A stretch of 59,739 nt of DNA, counting the filler, from Dimargaris cristalligena (Eukaryota): the NCBI GenBank assembly GCA_003614675.1. It is 4 parts of 4 records of this genome, joined end to end, with 100 filler letters (N's around TTAATTAATTAA, not from the genome) between each part and the next. Parts side by side here need not be neighbours in the genome. Positions count along the whole stretch, not along the records: positions 1 to 14,873 come from ML002927.1; 3 more parts are not named here. One strand, 5' to 3'. Positions 1 through 12,934 of the stretch are shown piece after piece. A program made the position numbers and the translations under genes. The notes beneath the pieces are model-generated. The model ran no database searches. It was not told the origin of the DNA and saw nothing but the letters and a program-made list of their open reading frames with translations. Every line of letters begins with the position of its first letter. Position 1 is the first letter of the stretch.

Positions 1-537
1 TCCCTTTTTATTATCTATTTTTTCAAATAAAGTTCAGTTTTCAAGGATTTGATTTCAGTTCTTTACAGATGATAATCCAAGATTGATAATAAAGCTTATG
101 TCAAAAATAGATAAGAGTAAGAAAGAACTGTAAGGTGATGATTAAGCTCTCTATGGTAGTTTTTCTTAGAGAAAATCTAACCAATAGGAGGCCAGTGAGC
201 ATATGCCGCATCAGGAAGAGTATTCCACACTTGGGATGAGATAGTTTTCTAACAATATACAGTTGGTTTTATTAATGTATTTTTCATATGAGTAATAAGC
301 CAGTTTGCCTGGAAAAGCTACCCTGCCCTTTTTATATATTTTTTTTGTTCTATTTTGTGGCTTGATACAACCACTCTGTGACAGCACTTCCATGGTCCTT
401 TGTGGGGTAACAGCTTAGTTGTCCATAGTCCTTTGCAGGTAGTGGTATATTTCTTCCATGGTGCCTTACAGTCCTTTGTAAGGTGCAGGTGGGTCTACAG
501 ATGATAGGGGTACAGAGGCTTTCCTTTGAGGGACCAT
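1..537 (-). pseudogene. Decayed internal (gag-position) ORF of an LTR retrotransposon
   Basis: ATG at 537 lies just downstream of the LTR and PBS. The frame MVPQRKASVPLSSVDPPAPYKGL*GTMEEIYHYLQRTMDN*AVTPQRTMEVLSQ... continues into track ORF 211-393. Stops are TAA (466-468, 415-417) and TGA (211-213), each one C>T from CAA/CGA. No Gag motif is recognisable; the call rests on position. Confidence 0.4.
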
Positions 538-546
538 TTGATATGG

Positions 547-556
547 TCCTCCACTA
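547..556 (-). other. Putative primer-binding site (tRNA-Ala-like, one mismatch)
   Basis: TAGTGGAGGA starts 1 nt after the LTR's terminal CA. It is one G>A change from TGGTGGAG.., the complement of a tRNA 3' end ..CUCCACCA. Confidence 0.4.
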
Positions 557-557
557 G

Positions 558-1162
558 TGTTACCTAAATTAACCACTCTTAGTCCATCAAGAGACTCAGG
601 GATAGGCTTCTAATGGTAGGTGGGGCTTAGACCCAGCCAAGCAGCTACTAGCATTAGGATGGGGCACTGTACTAGCCAATAAAGGATAATCATAAGTATA
701 TACAAGGGATGTGCAGTAGGCATACTTACTAGTTAGTATGAGGGGGTGAGAGTATATAGAGTTTATTGAGGCAAACTGGGGGGTATGAATAAGCTGAGGA
801 ATTAAACCAGTCCACAATGGGGCCCAGTTATATATGCATGGGGACAGCTCCAGAGGGAGGTCCCAAGGGGAGATACTACTAAACTGTGGTATAGACTGAC
901 CGAATGGCTTCATATCAGGAAGACTCTCATGGGAACTGGAAGAGTTTATCAGGAAGACTCTCATGGGAACTGGAAGAGTTGTTGGATCAGCAGGTTAAGT
1001 ATTTAGTGTAAAGCATTGGGGTCAGAAGGAGAAGGGTTATATAATAAATGATGATCCCATAGTACCGGGGGTGACTATGGGAGGGTTAATATGGTACTAT
1101 AAGGCCTAATAAGGGTGGATAATCATTAAGTTTGGATTTAGGTCAGATTAGGAGGGCTGACA
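558..1162 (-). mobile_element. LTR copy 1 (probable 5' LTR), ~600 bp
   Basis: Minus strand runs TGTCAGCCC...GGTAACA. It has TATATAA (1037-1043) and AATAAA (762-767) in the expected order, and is colinear with copies at 9605-10184, 13523-14103 and 14104-14682. Confidence 0.85.
913..980. repeat. Perfect 34-bp tandem duplication inside LTR copy 1
   Basis: TATCAGGAAGACTCTCATGGGAACTGGAAGAGTT at 913-946 and 947-980; single in the other LTR copies. Confidence 0.95.
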
Positions 1163-4100
1163 GGGCCAACACTTGAATATATTGACACCCACTTTACTAT
1201 TTTGGATACTCACTGAGGAGTCTTGACATTATATTAGAAGCATTACTTCATATTACTCACCATTTATTGTGGAATTTAGTTCTCCCAAGTCCACCCTTCT
1301 GAGTCTGAGGAGTACTCCTACAATTGTAAGTTGGGGGCCCACTGCACTAACCTTGAACCATCTTAAATGTGAATCAGCACTGCCCCACACTATGATTTAT
1401 ATGATATGCTTTTCTAACAGCTTTCTCCCAGCCTTATTCATCGGTTAGTTACTTGATAATAAATGAATACCCTATCATTGCTTATGATTGTGGCTTTGGC
1501 TTTGACTTTATTATTTATTACTGTTGTAGTGGCTATCCGCCCCAGTACTAGATCAGAATTAACCCAGTCATACTTCCAAAGAACATAATACTGGGAGCTA
1601 TTACAACCAGAACTTATTGAACTAGAAACAGTGCTGGAAAACTATCAATATATGGGTACAGAGGGTACATGTACTAACTAGGGGAAAGGATAAAGGGGTT
1701 TATTTGGATATATGCAATATGTATACCCTGAGAAAAAGACAAAGTGTAACCTGGAGGGTCATCCTAGGAATAGTAAACAACAGTACTGATTAATATCTGT
1801 TATTATCTGGAAGACTCTGATGGGTATGGGAACAGCATTTGGAACATTTGAGTGTACAGGTAGAACCGAGTGGTTCTGACTGGGATGGGTGATTAATAGA
1901 TAGATTTGGTACCAAAAGTTACTACCATGTGGAAGATACTATAGTATACTAAGGCCTTTAAATGGAGGCCAATGAGGATAGGTCACGCACCTTTTGCTAG
2001 GTCTGACTATCCCATTTGACAGATAGCATTATTTTAAGGGACTGTATACTATAGCCTAGTTTATACTACGCGGGGTAGGTGGCCCAACCAACGAGAATAA
2101 CATGTGACAAGTGACAATCAACAAGCGATATGTTAAGAAACGGCCGACCCGTTGAGTTTTTGACCACCTTTGTTCTTCTCATATTAGCCACTTTTGTTTC
2201 CACCTGCATGCCAATGAGGCAGGCCACATGTCTGTTATTAGGGACACGGGGTGGCAAACAGAGGTGGAAGACGTCACAACTAAAGAGGGATTCGAGATAT
2301 CCCTCAGTATCACTGGTTGCACAGGAACTTGTTGATTCCACTCGACTCAAAGGCTATAAAGTAATCCAAAAGACGAGTAGCCTGTGGTGATGATCAAAGG
2401 TGGTGGTTGTGATGAAGCACACCCAGAAAACTAAACCGAAAAACCCCAACAGCCATGCCCAACGTCCCTGGCTGATCTAACAAGTTGACAAGCCGCGTAA
2501 ATGTATAGCATAGATGCTTGTGCATAGTTCCGGTCATGGGAGTTTCTAAATCATCGCTAAGCTAAAAGAATACCGTGGAACAGGTGGAATCCGCGATGTG
2601 CCCTTTGGGTTTTTAAGCCAGCTCTGATAAATGAACATTAGCAATATCAGTACTTAAAAGTGCATTATCTAATGAAACGGCCAAGTATAGCAACTCTATC
2701 CATCAGTAATGATCACTTCACTGCCCACTCGGTCTTGCCTTTCGTTCGCCCTAATTAGAACACTGTCGGCAACCAGCATCATTATACACGTCGCCCCAGT
2801 ATAATGGGGATGCTTTATTTCGTATGCTATATAGATGAAAAACAATTCTACCGTAAATCAAATTTTGGGGCATACATTTGCCTATTATATGTGTTTTTCA
2901 TTGAGTAAGCGGATCGCCCAAAACAGACCATGGCCATCGTGGCCCTATCTTGGCCGGTGGAAGATAAAAAATAATATAGTGGTTATTCGGATTGATATTT
3001 ATACCTAGACATTCCAGTTACCCCTGTATTTTAGGAGGGGGCTATAATATAAATCACCTTACTACGGCGGGGCTGACATCCTCTCCCTTGTCAATTTTGG
3101 ACAATCGCGTATTTGATGAACTTAGCAACCTGGGATAATCCATTACGCGAACGGAATATGTGCCTATTTCTAAGGATGAAACGTATTATCGGATATATTA
3201 TGACACATCCCCATGTAATTGACGACGTCACCAGCATCCCTACTTTTCCCTAATATCAAGTGGAGAGCACTAAGAAAGTAGCCAAATTTAGCTGATGCCA
3301 ATCGACCTCGGCAGCTGTAGGCGTAGATGTAATAAATGTCCACGTATATCGGACCTCGATCAACAAAGGCCCCACAAACGGCAAGGTACATAGATATTGG
3401 GATAATAATATATAACTTTTAATTGTAAGTAGATGATAATATAAAAATAAGACCACGTCGGGGAATACGGCCAAGTAGTGACCAAAATCCAACCGACGAA
3501 GGGGGTTAGTAAATAACAGGGGTCGCGCTTGAGATTTCCGGGATCTAACAATCGTCCGAGAGATTATCAGGGAATCAAGCATATCCTTGACGTGCAAAGA
3601 GGCAACTGGGATAAATATAGTGGCTAATATAAGCAATGGTAAAATATCTAATGCAACAAATGTTAATAGGCGAAAATAGAGAGGGAGAGGGGTAGTCAGA
3701 TGGAGGCGCGAATACATGTCATGATAGATGCGAGTAGGTAGGCGAGGTTGGGAAGAAGAGGATATACGAGATAGGGTAAACCGAAAGGAAAAGTGGGAGT
3801 GCGTGCGAGGGAGGGGTGATATGGTAGGGAAAAATGACATTGACAAATTAAAGTATTATATATACAGACAAGGTATACAGTTCAAAATAGGTGTACGAGG
3901 GGGGGAAGGGAAACTAGCGATAAGCACAAGTGATTCAATTATGGGCATAGTATAGTAAGGCCAGTGGAGACAAAACAAAGCAAAATAAAATAAAACAGGG
4001 AATACCCTTCAGTGCAAGAGATTGAGGGGGGGGGGCGGCTGTAGAGAAACCGGCGGAGTGGAACAACCACGCGCGTCGGGCCGGACTATGAAATGGGCGA

Positions 4101-4615
4101 CGGAATTCATCGCGAGAGAGTTACACCGCCCTCATGTGATGGGGGGAGAAGAAATACGACGTTCACGGCAGTGGGCTCAACCCAATGGGCGACCCATGGT
4201 CGCACCAAAGAATATTGAAATAATGGCCCAACGTATGGTTGAGGAAAGAGAGTGGTTGCGGCCTCAGAGTGTGAGGTGTGCCCATGGTGGAAAATAAATA
4301 AATCAGAATAATTAAAAAAACTACGGGGATCACTTGACAGGGTCGGACAAAGACGCCCCGCCTAAAAATGTATCGCCCAAAGACGCGAATCGGGGACACT
4401 GAGTTCTCCCGAGGATATTGACAGGTAAATCAGGGATACATGATGGGCAGAGAAAATGGACTAGATGTTAAATTAAAGGATGGGCCCCAACGAATGGGTA
4501 ATCCACGGATAGATGGACGCGGATTGGCCGGGATTGAATCGGGGACCAGCGGAGAACACACGGGGAAGGATCTCATTCAGGCCTGGGAGGCGGGGATTTG
4601 GATGCCAGGGAGGCG

Positions 4616-5518
4616 CTACGCCAAAACACTCCGGGCTATAAGTCCGCCTTGCTCAACCGGAAGATGTTCCTTGCCAATAAGGGTGTGTAGCTGGTCCAGG
4701 GAGGGTAGGATATGCACCCGCTGCAGCAGCTTGGCCTTCATGGTACGGCGAACAACGGGCCACATGAGACTGAACCAGGTTGGGGGGTGCACGACGTACA
4801 GGGCGCCCATTTTGATGGGGAATCGGTTTTGGATGGCATCAATGAGAAATTCGAGGGTCATTTTCTCACCATTGAGCATACCCATATTGCGGGTATCCAG
4901 GATAATGCATACTCCCTGGGTTTGAAGCTGGAGGTGGGTGCAGGACCAGAGTAGCTTTTCCAAATGGGTCCATACCCGGCGGGCCATGAGAATGCCCGTC
5001 TTGTCGGCGGAGGAGAGAACGAGGCGGGACATGTTCATGGTAACAATGGCACGTCCATCAACATCAGTGGTCCCTGGAACGCTAATAAAGGATCCGCCCA
5101 TCTCACCGGGGGAGGCGAGTGCGGCGGCCACGGCGTGGGTAAAGGTCGTGGCGGAAGGGTACGGGTAGGTGACCCCCAAGCGGTCCGTCCGGAAAGACCA
5201 GAAGGACTGCAGCTGGAGGGCGGCGGGCTGAACTTGGCCTTTATGGAAGCGGAGGAACTGGAGGAGGAAACACTCCGTTTGCGAAGGGTACTCAAACCAA
5301 GCCTCAATGGCTTCCAGGGTCTCGGGGATGGCGGATCGGCAGTGCAGACGGAAGACATACAGCTCAGGGTTATGGGGTGGTGGGGTCGAAGGAGGGGTGC
5401 TGCTAGGACTGGACTGGGGGCTGCGCGGTGGCCGAACCACGGCGGGGGCGGCGGTATTCAAAGAAACCGAGGCGGCCGACCGGGACGGATATCCAAAGCG
5501 TGGTTTGAAGGCAACCAT
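4616..5518 (-). CDS. CRAL-TRIO (Sec14-like) lipid-binding protein, 300 aa
   Basis: Motifs FLLQFLRFHK (CRAL-TRIO_N), TDVDGRAIV, GVCIILDTRNM, IQNRFPIKMGALYVVHPPTWFSLMWPVV and C-terminal LPVEQGG. Intronless, GC-rich coding composition. Confidence 0.9.
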   Translation of the reverse strand: MVAFKPRFGYPSRSAASVSLNTAAPAVVRPPRSPQSSPSSTPPSTPPPHNPELYVFRLHCRSAIPETLEAIEAWFEYPSQTECFLLQFLRFHKGQVQPAALQLQSFWSFRTDRLGVTYPYPSATTFTHAVAAALASPGEMGGSFISVPGTTDVDGRAIVTMNMSRLVLSSADKTGILMARRVWTHLEKLLWSCTHLQLQTQGVCIILDTRNMGMLNGEKMTLEFLIDAIQNRFPIKMGALYVVHPPTWFSLMWPVVRRTMKAKLLQRVHILPSLDQLHTLIGKEHLPVEQGGLIARSVLA

Positions 5519-6014
5519 GGGGGGTTAACACGCGCGGGGGTATATGTGAAGGCGGACGTTAAATGGGGATTAATCAGAAGACAGGGCAAGTTCAATCTAG
5601 AATTGGCGGATAGGAGAGGGAGATGTCAGTATGGGTGTGAGAAATAATGCCAAATGAATATTAATAAGCAGTAAAAATAAAAGGGCCAATGGATTACGCG
5701 TTAATAGAAGATAATCTACACTTCCAAGGAAAGATAATTACAAGTAGGGTGACCATAAATAATCATAGGAAGGGACGCCGGCCAGAGGCACCGTATTATA
5801 TAGGGACCACAGAGACTGCACAACAACGCGCCCCTGCAACTGCAATGGCGACGTTGGTGTGCCTCACACCCCCCATCCACAACATCTGGCACAGAAGACG
5901 AATAGTGCAACCACCCACATGATGGGGTCCAGACAGCGCACAGGGGATATAGCGCCCCCTGCTCATCCCTATCATCACCAGAGTAGGAATGACGGGCTAA
6001 TGTTTCGAGTTCCG

Positions 6015-6040
6015 TATATATATATATATATATATATATA
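6015..6040. repeat. (TA)n microsatellite
   Basis: Read directly. Confidence 0.95.
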
Positions 6041-6506
6041 GTATAGTAGCAAAGAACAATACAGCCAAAGACATTATCAAAGGCCAAAGATGCCACATCT
6101 GACCAAGTGGTTGCAAATACTTACCGAATCCGGACGACTGGGGAAATTGTGGCCAATCAGATGGATGATACGACTGTGGGCTGTAAAACGAACAAAGAAA
6201 GAACCAGACGGACGGTCAACCGGAGACAGGCCCGTCAAAAACGCAGGCGAGAGTGGGGCAGGATCCCGGTGTTTCGAAGCGGGGAGTGGGCGGTTTCGAC
6301 GCGTGGGCAAAATAGCGTTGGGTAACACACCGATAGCAGGTGGAAAGCGGAGTACTACACTGGCCTGTGGGCAGGGTAGGGAGGGGGTGGAGATTGGGGT
6401 CGTTGGTGTATGACAAACCCAAGAGGAACAGAGGCTACAGAGAGGGTAGGTAGGGGTGTGGGAGAACTGCTACTACGGTAGGGCCTGGAGGCGGGCAATA
6501 AATTTC

Positions 6507-6541
<35 letters not shown>
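6507..6541. repeat. Compound (TA)n(TG)n microsatellite
   Basis: Read directly. Confidence 0.95.
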
Positions 6542-9500
6542 ATGTTGTGGGCGGAGTCTGAACTGGGCTGGTAGAGCGATAGGTACAGCGGGGCCGAAGG
6601 TAGTAGGGGGTATAATCAATAAACGAGGGGGCTAACTAAAGGGAAGAGAAGATGGGCGTGGCAGATGGGCGGGCGATATACATGAACGAAACCATAAAGG
6701 AAATAAGTTAAAAGAAGAGGATAAGACTATGAAGCGAAAGGCTCTATGAAACACAGCGGTTAAGGAAGGCTAAGGAAGAAGGGAATAGATAGGAGGGTCG
6801 TCCACTGAACTGGTGGGCGATGTTCCTGGGGTTATATAAACGGATTGACCCCTGAATCTGCCGCACTGGTTTTTTTCACATTAGGAATGGATTCGCTCTA
6901 TTATTATTATTTACCTTCATGGCTTACCGTCCCCTGGCTTACTTTAACCCTCTAACCACCACCCTAGCCTAGAATATGACCCCCCTAGTTATTTAATCCC
7001 GTTCCGGACCATGGGATACCGGCGGAGAATAAATGGCTCGTTCGAAAGGGCCTACTCCGCTTAAATAGGCCCTGCAAGGGTGTGAGCTCCGACGAAACCC
7101 CTTCTCTAACCCTCCCGAATAGTGGAGTTGGTTGCAGGTGGCCTGCAAACCGAAGCAATGAAAGGTTGGCCGACCAAAGAGGGAGATCTGTTATCTAATC
7201 GGCCTACAGTCCCCTCCGCAGCGACTGCACTTGACGGCTAACAATTGGTGCGGGCTGCCTCGGAGTTTAACCCTCACCACCGCCTAACCTTCGCTCGACG
7301 GGCCCACTCGGTGACGGCATGACTATGGCACGGACCAATTGGAAGTGAATGAAACGGGTCAAGCCGTTGATTCTTGCATTGTGAAGAAGATGAAAAAAAA
7401 AACTACAACTGATTGAATGGGCTGAGAAGAGGTATACAATCGCACACCCACTGTGTAGATCATTCTCCATAAAGAGGTGGGGTTCTCGGCGGCGGGTAAA
7501 GACTGTCTAATACTACCCCAACCCACCTTTTTCATAAGGATCGCCCTCGGCGTGGCTCAAGTCGGGGCCATATCCCGGCCCGGTCCGGCTACAGAAGCGA
7601 ATTTACCTTGAACCACATGGAATGCTCCTCCAATCCAGACTCCCCAAGTCGCAGCTGCATTGCCGTGTATCTTATTTTATTTTCGGCAGACTAGTCCAAT
7701 GAAACTTGGCCCGCCACGGCGCTGCACATCATCCTATAAATAATTGGGACATTGTTAGGCCAAGTGAGTGGCGGACACCCCGTTCTCTTTAATAGAAGGG
7801 ACCTTTCCCCATCCCTCTCCCCACTGGATCCCTGTGGAATAGGAAATATTACGACCCCTTCAATGACAATGGCGGGTCTATTGAGGGTGGCTTTGGATTA
7901 TGTATACAGTGTGCAAAAAGACAGGAGAAGGAGGCGGACACAGAGACGGAGACGGAGGCAACGGCCCTGCTAATTCGGGGGTGTGGTGTGTCTGGTCCAC
8001 CACCTGCATTACCCTGAAAGTGCAGGCATAGTTACTTTGGGTTATCCGACCACACCCGCCCTGGCGGCACTGTGGGTTGGTGTAAAAGTCCTCAATATAA
8101 CGACTAACTATATACTCCTCTTCATTCCCCCGTCTTTTAGGCAACCCGCCGGTAGAGATGCATTAAGTCATTGGCCAATGGATTTCGAAGGAGCCTGGCA
8201 AAGAAGTGTACTCTAGTCAGTACTGATAACCCCTTCAGGGTCACTATTCCATTCAGTAATACCAAGAGATATCCAACTGGTGGGCGCCTTACCAGGATTC
8301 AGTCCCAGTACCTGCCCCTCGGTAATTGTATTCACTACTGTCCGGCCTGGTTCATATGGTGGGAATACGCGGCATTTGCCAATGCCACTACCATTGGTGA
8401 CTTCATCCGTCTGGTGGGCTTAACCCGCTACCATAGCCACTCTTGTCAGGGACTGCTTATATTTTCCAATCACGTATGGCTTACCCAATGGAATCCTAGT
8501 GGTAGATCATCTAAATGCACCTTGTGGCTATGGCCGTGGTCTACCAAAGATGAGCCAACCCATGTTAAGACGACCAGCTAGTATGCAACAGGTAGTTTAA
8601 TTTAAAAATATACCCGTATTGACCTTGCCCCATCCTCTTTAAGAAAACGTGGGTATAACAGTCTTCCATTTTTCATTTATTTGAGTTGAGAGCTCCTTAA
8701 GGTGGACTATTCAAAAACCATCATCTCGTGGCCTTTTTTAGATATATTTTTTAAAAAAATTTGGACCCTGGAAATCTGAACCACAAAATAAAACCTATCA
8801 AAATAAGCCAACTGGTATCAGCCATAATTGACATCATATGGTTAGATGGGATGCATCATCTGATTGATTTAATACCCTGGGATATGAAGGTGACAGTCCC
8901 CCCTCCCCAATCACACACAACAACCATCAACGGAAAACTCCACAATTAAATATTTGAGTTGTATGGCCCACCAAATCTGCAAACACCTTCTGGGGGTTTC
9001 TAGCACATCACTAGGGCTAATCAAGGAGGGATATTCACGATCTCTTTTGCTCTTCCTCTCCTGCCAAGCAAAAAGGTTGGGGACCAATGCTCATCACTTT
9101 GATCCCAATGAATTATAATGGTTGTGGAGATTGGCGGACATACATATTAGGGTCACCAAGTCAAATGCACATGACTGAAATAGACTGGGATTATTCATCT
9201 GACATACCATATATTGAGTGCAGAAGGGTAAACATTATGACTTCTGCCTCTTTTAATCATTGATCATCTATATCAGTAAAGTCACCAACAGTAGACCATA
9301 CAGTGAACTCCACCCAGCAGAACAGTGCACCCCTCTATTCTAACATTAAGTCATAGTATTAATTTGTGAATTGAGATGTGTGGTACTATCATACAACCAC
9401 TATCTCAGAAAGGAGTAAGCTAGTTTAACTCACAGCCTACATCTAAATACCCCAATTTTCTATTTCAATTATTGATACACTACTTTAGGAAATAAGTAGA

Positions 9501-9604
9501 GTGTCAATTAGCATACCTTAATTGATCAAATCAACTGATGATTAGCTTGTATTTATCCAGTTAACATCTATTCTGACTATATTTTTTTTAATGCAATTTA
9601 TGAT

Positions 9605-10184
9605 TATCAGACCATTTAATCTATCTTAATCCAGCTAGCTTAGGGTCCAACTATACTAGGCCTTATAGTGCCATATTAACTTTCCCATGGTCACCCTTAG
9701 TACTATGGGATCATCCTATACTATATAACCCTTCTGCTTCTAGACTCTACCTCTTCATACTAATCACTTAAATGCTAATGTGAAGACTCTTCCAGTTACC
9801 TTCAGAGTCTTCTGGATACCTATGACTATCTGGTTAGCTTATTTACCTATCCCATAGTCTTAGTAGTATCCTTCCCTTAGGACCTCCCTCTAGATCTGTC
9901 CCCATGTATATATAGCTAGGCCCCATTAGAACCAGTTAGATTCCTTAGCTTATGCTTCCCCTTAATTTACCCAATAAACTCTATATATACTCACTCCATT
10001 TATACCAACTAGGAAGTATACCTACTGCATATCCCTAGTATATACCTACTATAAACTTTATTAGTTAGTACTATACCCTGTACCTGATACTAGTAGCCCA
10101 CTTGGCCAAGCTGAAGCCCTACCTACTATTAGAAGCCTATCCTTAGGACTCTTGATAGAATTAGATTAGTGAACCTGGGTGATA
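9605..10184 (+). mobile_element. Solo LTR copy, opposite orientation; same subfamily as 14104-14682
   Basis: Starts TATCAGACCATTT (reverse complement of the end of 14104-14682) and ends GAACCTGGGTGATA. Internal TATATAACCCTTCT and AATAAACTCTATA match the other copies. Termini have mutated from TG..CA to TA..TA. No TSD seen. Confidence 0.85.
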
Positions 10185-12934
10185 TTAGGCTAAATAAGTA
10201 ACAGATTCTAACCTAAATGAATATTTATACACTGATACTGCTAATAAGTTGTCCTGAAGGAAAAATCAGGTGTATTAGTTAGATATTACTGGTATCCAGA
10301 GGGTTCTGATGGGAATTGAGGTGGCATCAGATCAGCACTTGAGTATAATTGCACTGGCAAATAATAAATTTGTTTATAGGTCTAGTGTCCCTGTGGCCAT
10401 AGCCATGGGTCAAGCATGGTAATTCCAAAGCATATGGTACAATCAGCTAACCATCATGGCAGTGGATATACCTTGCCCCTGTCTATAGCCACCATGAATC
10501 TCGTATTCACAATTCTGCAGTGATTCCCTTACTGGCCCATTGGGCCATGTGTTCAAGAATATTCTTACTTATTCCTATGCTATCTGAAGTCCCTTTTTAA
10601 AATCAACAATTAAACAGATTCCACAGCCTGGGTAATTTATACACTATGTGTATAACCAATGTTATCAATGACAATATGGATGACCAAAGATTAATGCATC
10701 AGGGTATTCCTAAACACTAGACTCCCCAGTATTTTCACTTGACTTTGTTTCTCTTAATTGATGTGTGTCCATTACAGATCTAGTTTACACTTCGTCCCGG
10801 TCACATACCCCATGATAAATTGCGTTTGGAAGCACATTCACCATTGAAATGCCTCAAATCTGGTTATGCCATATTCAAAGCTGATCAATGTCAGATAATA
10901 TATCACAGGAACCAGTGTCTCTTGATAGTATATTTCCTTTTTGATATCAAAGTGGGCTACCTGTCTGGGTGGTGATTCGACTATCCAACAAATAACAAAA
11001 GAGACAGCATCACACTCCCTTCATTACACAGGATAGAAAGATTGAACGAGAGCGGGGAAATTCCCGAATGTAATCTATTGTAAGACGACGCTGATTAAAT
11101 CATCCCATACTGTTATATTTAGTGCCGTACATTGCTGGCCAAAATGTATATCTGGTCTAGCCTTGGCTACTAAGTCTCGATTTATCGTATATAATCCATA
11201 CCACTGCCCCGAAAATCTAAATATATTGTTACCCTCGCATCAACCATCCGCTTCTTTGACAAGCAAATACTATTGACCCGCTTTGGCTGAATCTTCTAGT
11301 TAAGTTCAATAGTACACCCTCTCACCTAACCGCCCACCAACCATATTTGTGGCCGTACCACAAAGCAACATGTATCTTGAGAATATTATCGGCGAGTGGG
11401 AGATTGTACCTGTCAACAGTAAGACAGCAAACTATTCTTATATTGTGATTATTATAAAACGGCATTAAATGATAAAAACTGTGTTTCGCCACCCTACTCT
11501 ATCTACCCCGGATACCTTCACAGCGTTTTTTATTTGCATATTATACCCGACTGGGCCGATTATATATGGGTAGATATATGGGCGTATTAAAGATATTTGA
11601 ACCACTGTTGCTTATGTGCATTTATAAATCACCAACTATACGTTGGTCTGCACCTTGATATAATCGCGGACGTCTAGCCTGGATCTACTATTCATGCCGT
11701 GATATTCCCTCGAATACGTTCAGAGGCCAGGTCATAGGGATAGATGAGGATACCGATACGCTTACCATGAAGAATCCAAATGGAGATATCACCACCATGA
11801 GAATCAGTGCTATTATTTTTGCGTACGCCTCGGCACCAAAATAAACAATTAGGCCATCATGGGAGCAACACCGCTCCTCTCCATAATCCTCCTCATATAT
11901 TGGCACCCATCCTCCAAATAAGCTTGCCAGCCGAGCTGACATTACTCATGAAATCCGGTGATGACTTTTGCGTATTGGGTTCTTATTTTATTTTACAGCC
12001 TGATGTGTATCCCCTGTCTCCACAATGTCGTCATGCTTACTGGTTAATCCAATTCGACTAATAAATAACCACCATTTGATTTCTCTTCGAGAATTTTATC
12101 CACTGGATATGTCTTCCTACCCCTCTTACATAATCGGGTCGGGGATATTCCAATGTATTAGATACACATTCCATCTTAGAGCTCGGCTAGGCTGACAGCT
12201 TCCGCCTTTGCGGCTGGACAGGCCGAATGGCAGAAACAAGCGTATATACAGCGTCATAATTCGGTCGCCGATTGACTTCGTGTATCCGGCAATCAGTTCA
12301 ACCGATGGTTATGATGACAGAATTAACAATTTTCAATCAATTGAATGATATTAACTGCCATGACAGTTTCTGCGAAGATTTCCACAACTTTGGGAAGTGT
12401 ATAACCCAACTGCTATGTTCACAATTGTTTTACTGACCATGTATGATAACAATTTCGCGACGACGATTTAAAGTCTGAGATGCAATTCGGCCAATATGTG
12501 TGATTGCTTTGAGGACCCCGACTTAAGGAGCTCCCTTCAAAACAAATTGGGATGTTGTGTGTAAACCATTCCTTTCCTTTTACAATTCATAAGCCTATTG
12601 TAGTAATTGTCTATTAAAACATTTATGTTATTCGAAAAGTAGGATTAATATCCCATTGTTTATTGAATGTTTCTATAGCTCGACTGCATATATGTCCCAC
12701 CCATCACTTGCTTCTTCTTGTCCGGCCAATGTTCCCCCTCTCTGTCGGCTAGGAGACGCCCCCATAGACATTAGCACGCCCAGTACAAGAGTCTGCAACT
12801 CGTAGTCGCAACCTTAAACCCAGCGCCATGAGGCCCGATCCTGATGGAAGCACAAATGTGGTAATAGAATGCCTGAGGGGTAATCTGGGATCTAACTGGC
12901 TGGGTTTGGGATTCTAATTGACCTAGAATATAGG

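Noticed and set aside
3256-3846. 196-aa minus-strand ORF with hydrophobic stretches
   Set aside because: Low-complexity pyrimidine-rich sequence with no family motif; resembles UTR or intergenic DNA.
7081-7113. Hammerhead-like GACGAAAC and telomerase-template-like CTAACCCT
   Set aside because: No CUGANGA core. The template-like 8-mer lies downstream of the pseudoknot (wrong order), and similar words recur nearby.
9471-9508. Imperfect hairpin ATTGATACACTACTT..AAGTAGAGTGTCAAT
   Set aside because: No Helitron CTRR end or TSD; AT-rich, plausibly chance.
11688-11942. 84-aa ORF with a hydrophobic segment and an internal GTAAGC
   Set aside because: Could be an exon, but no gene model or family could be built.
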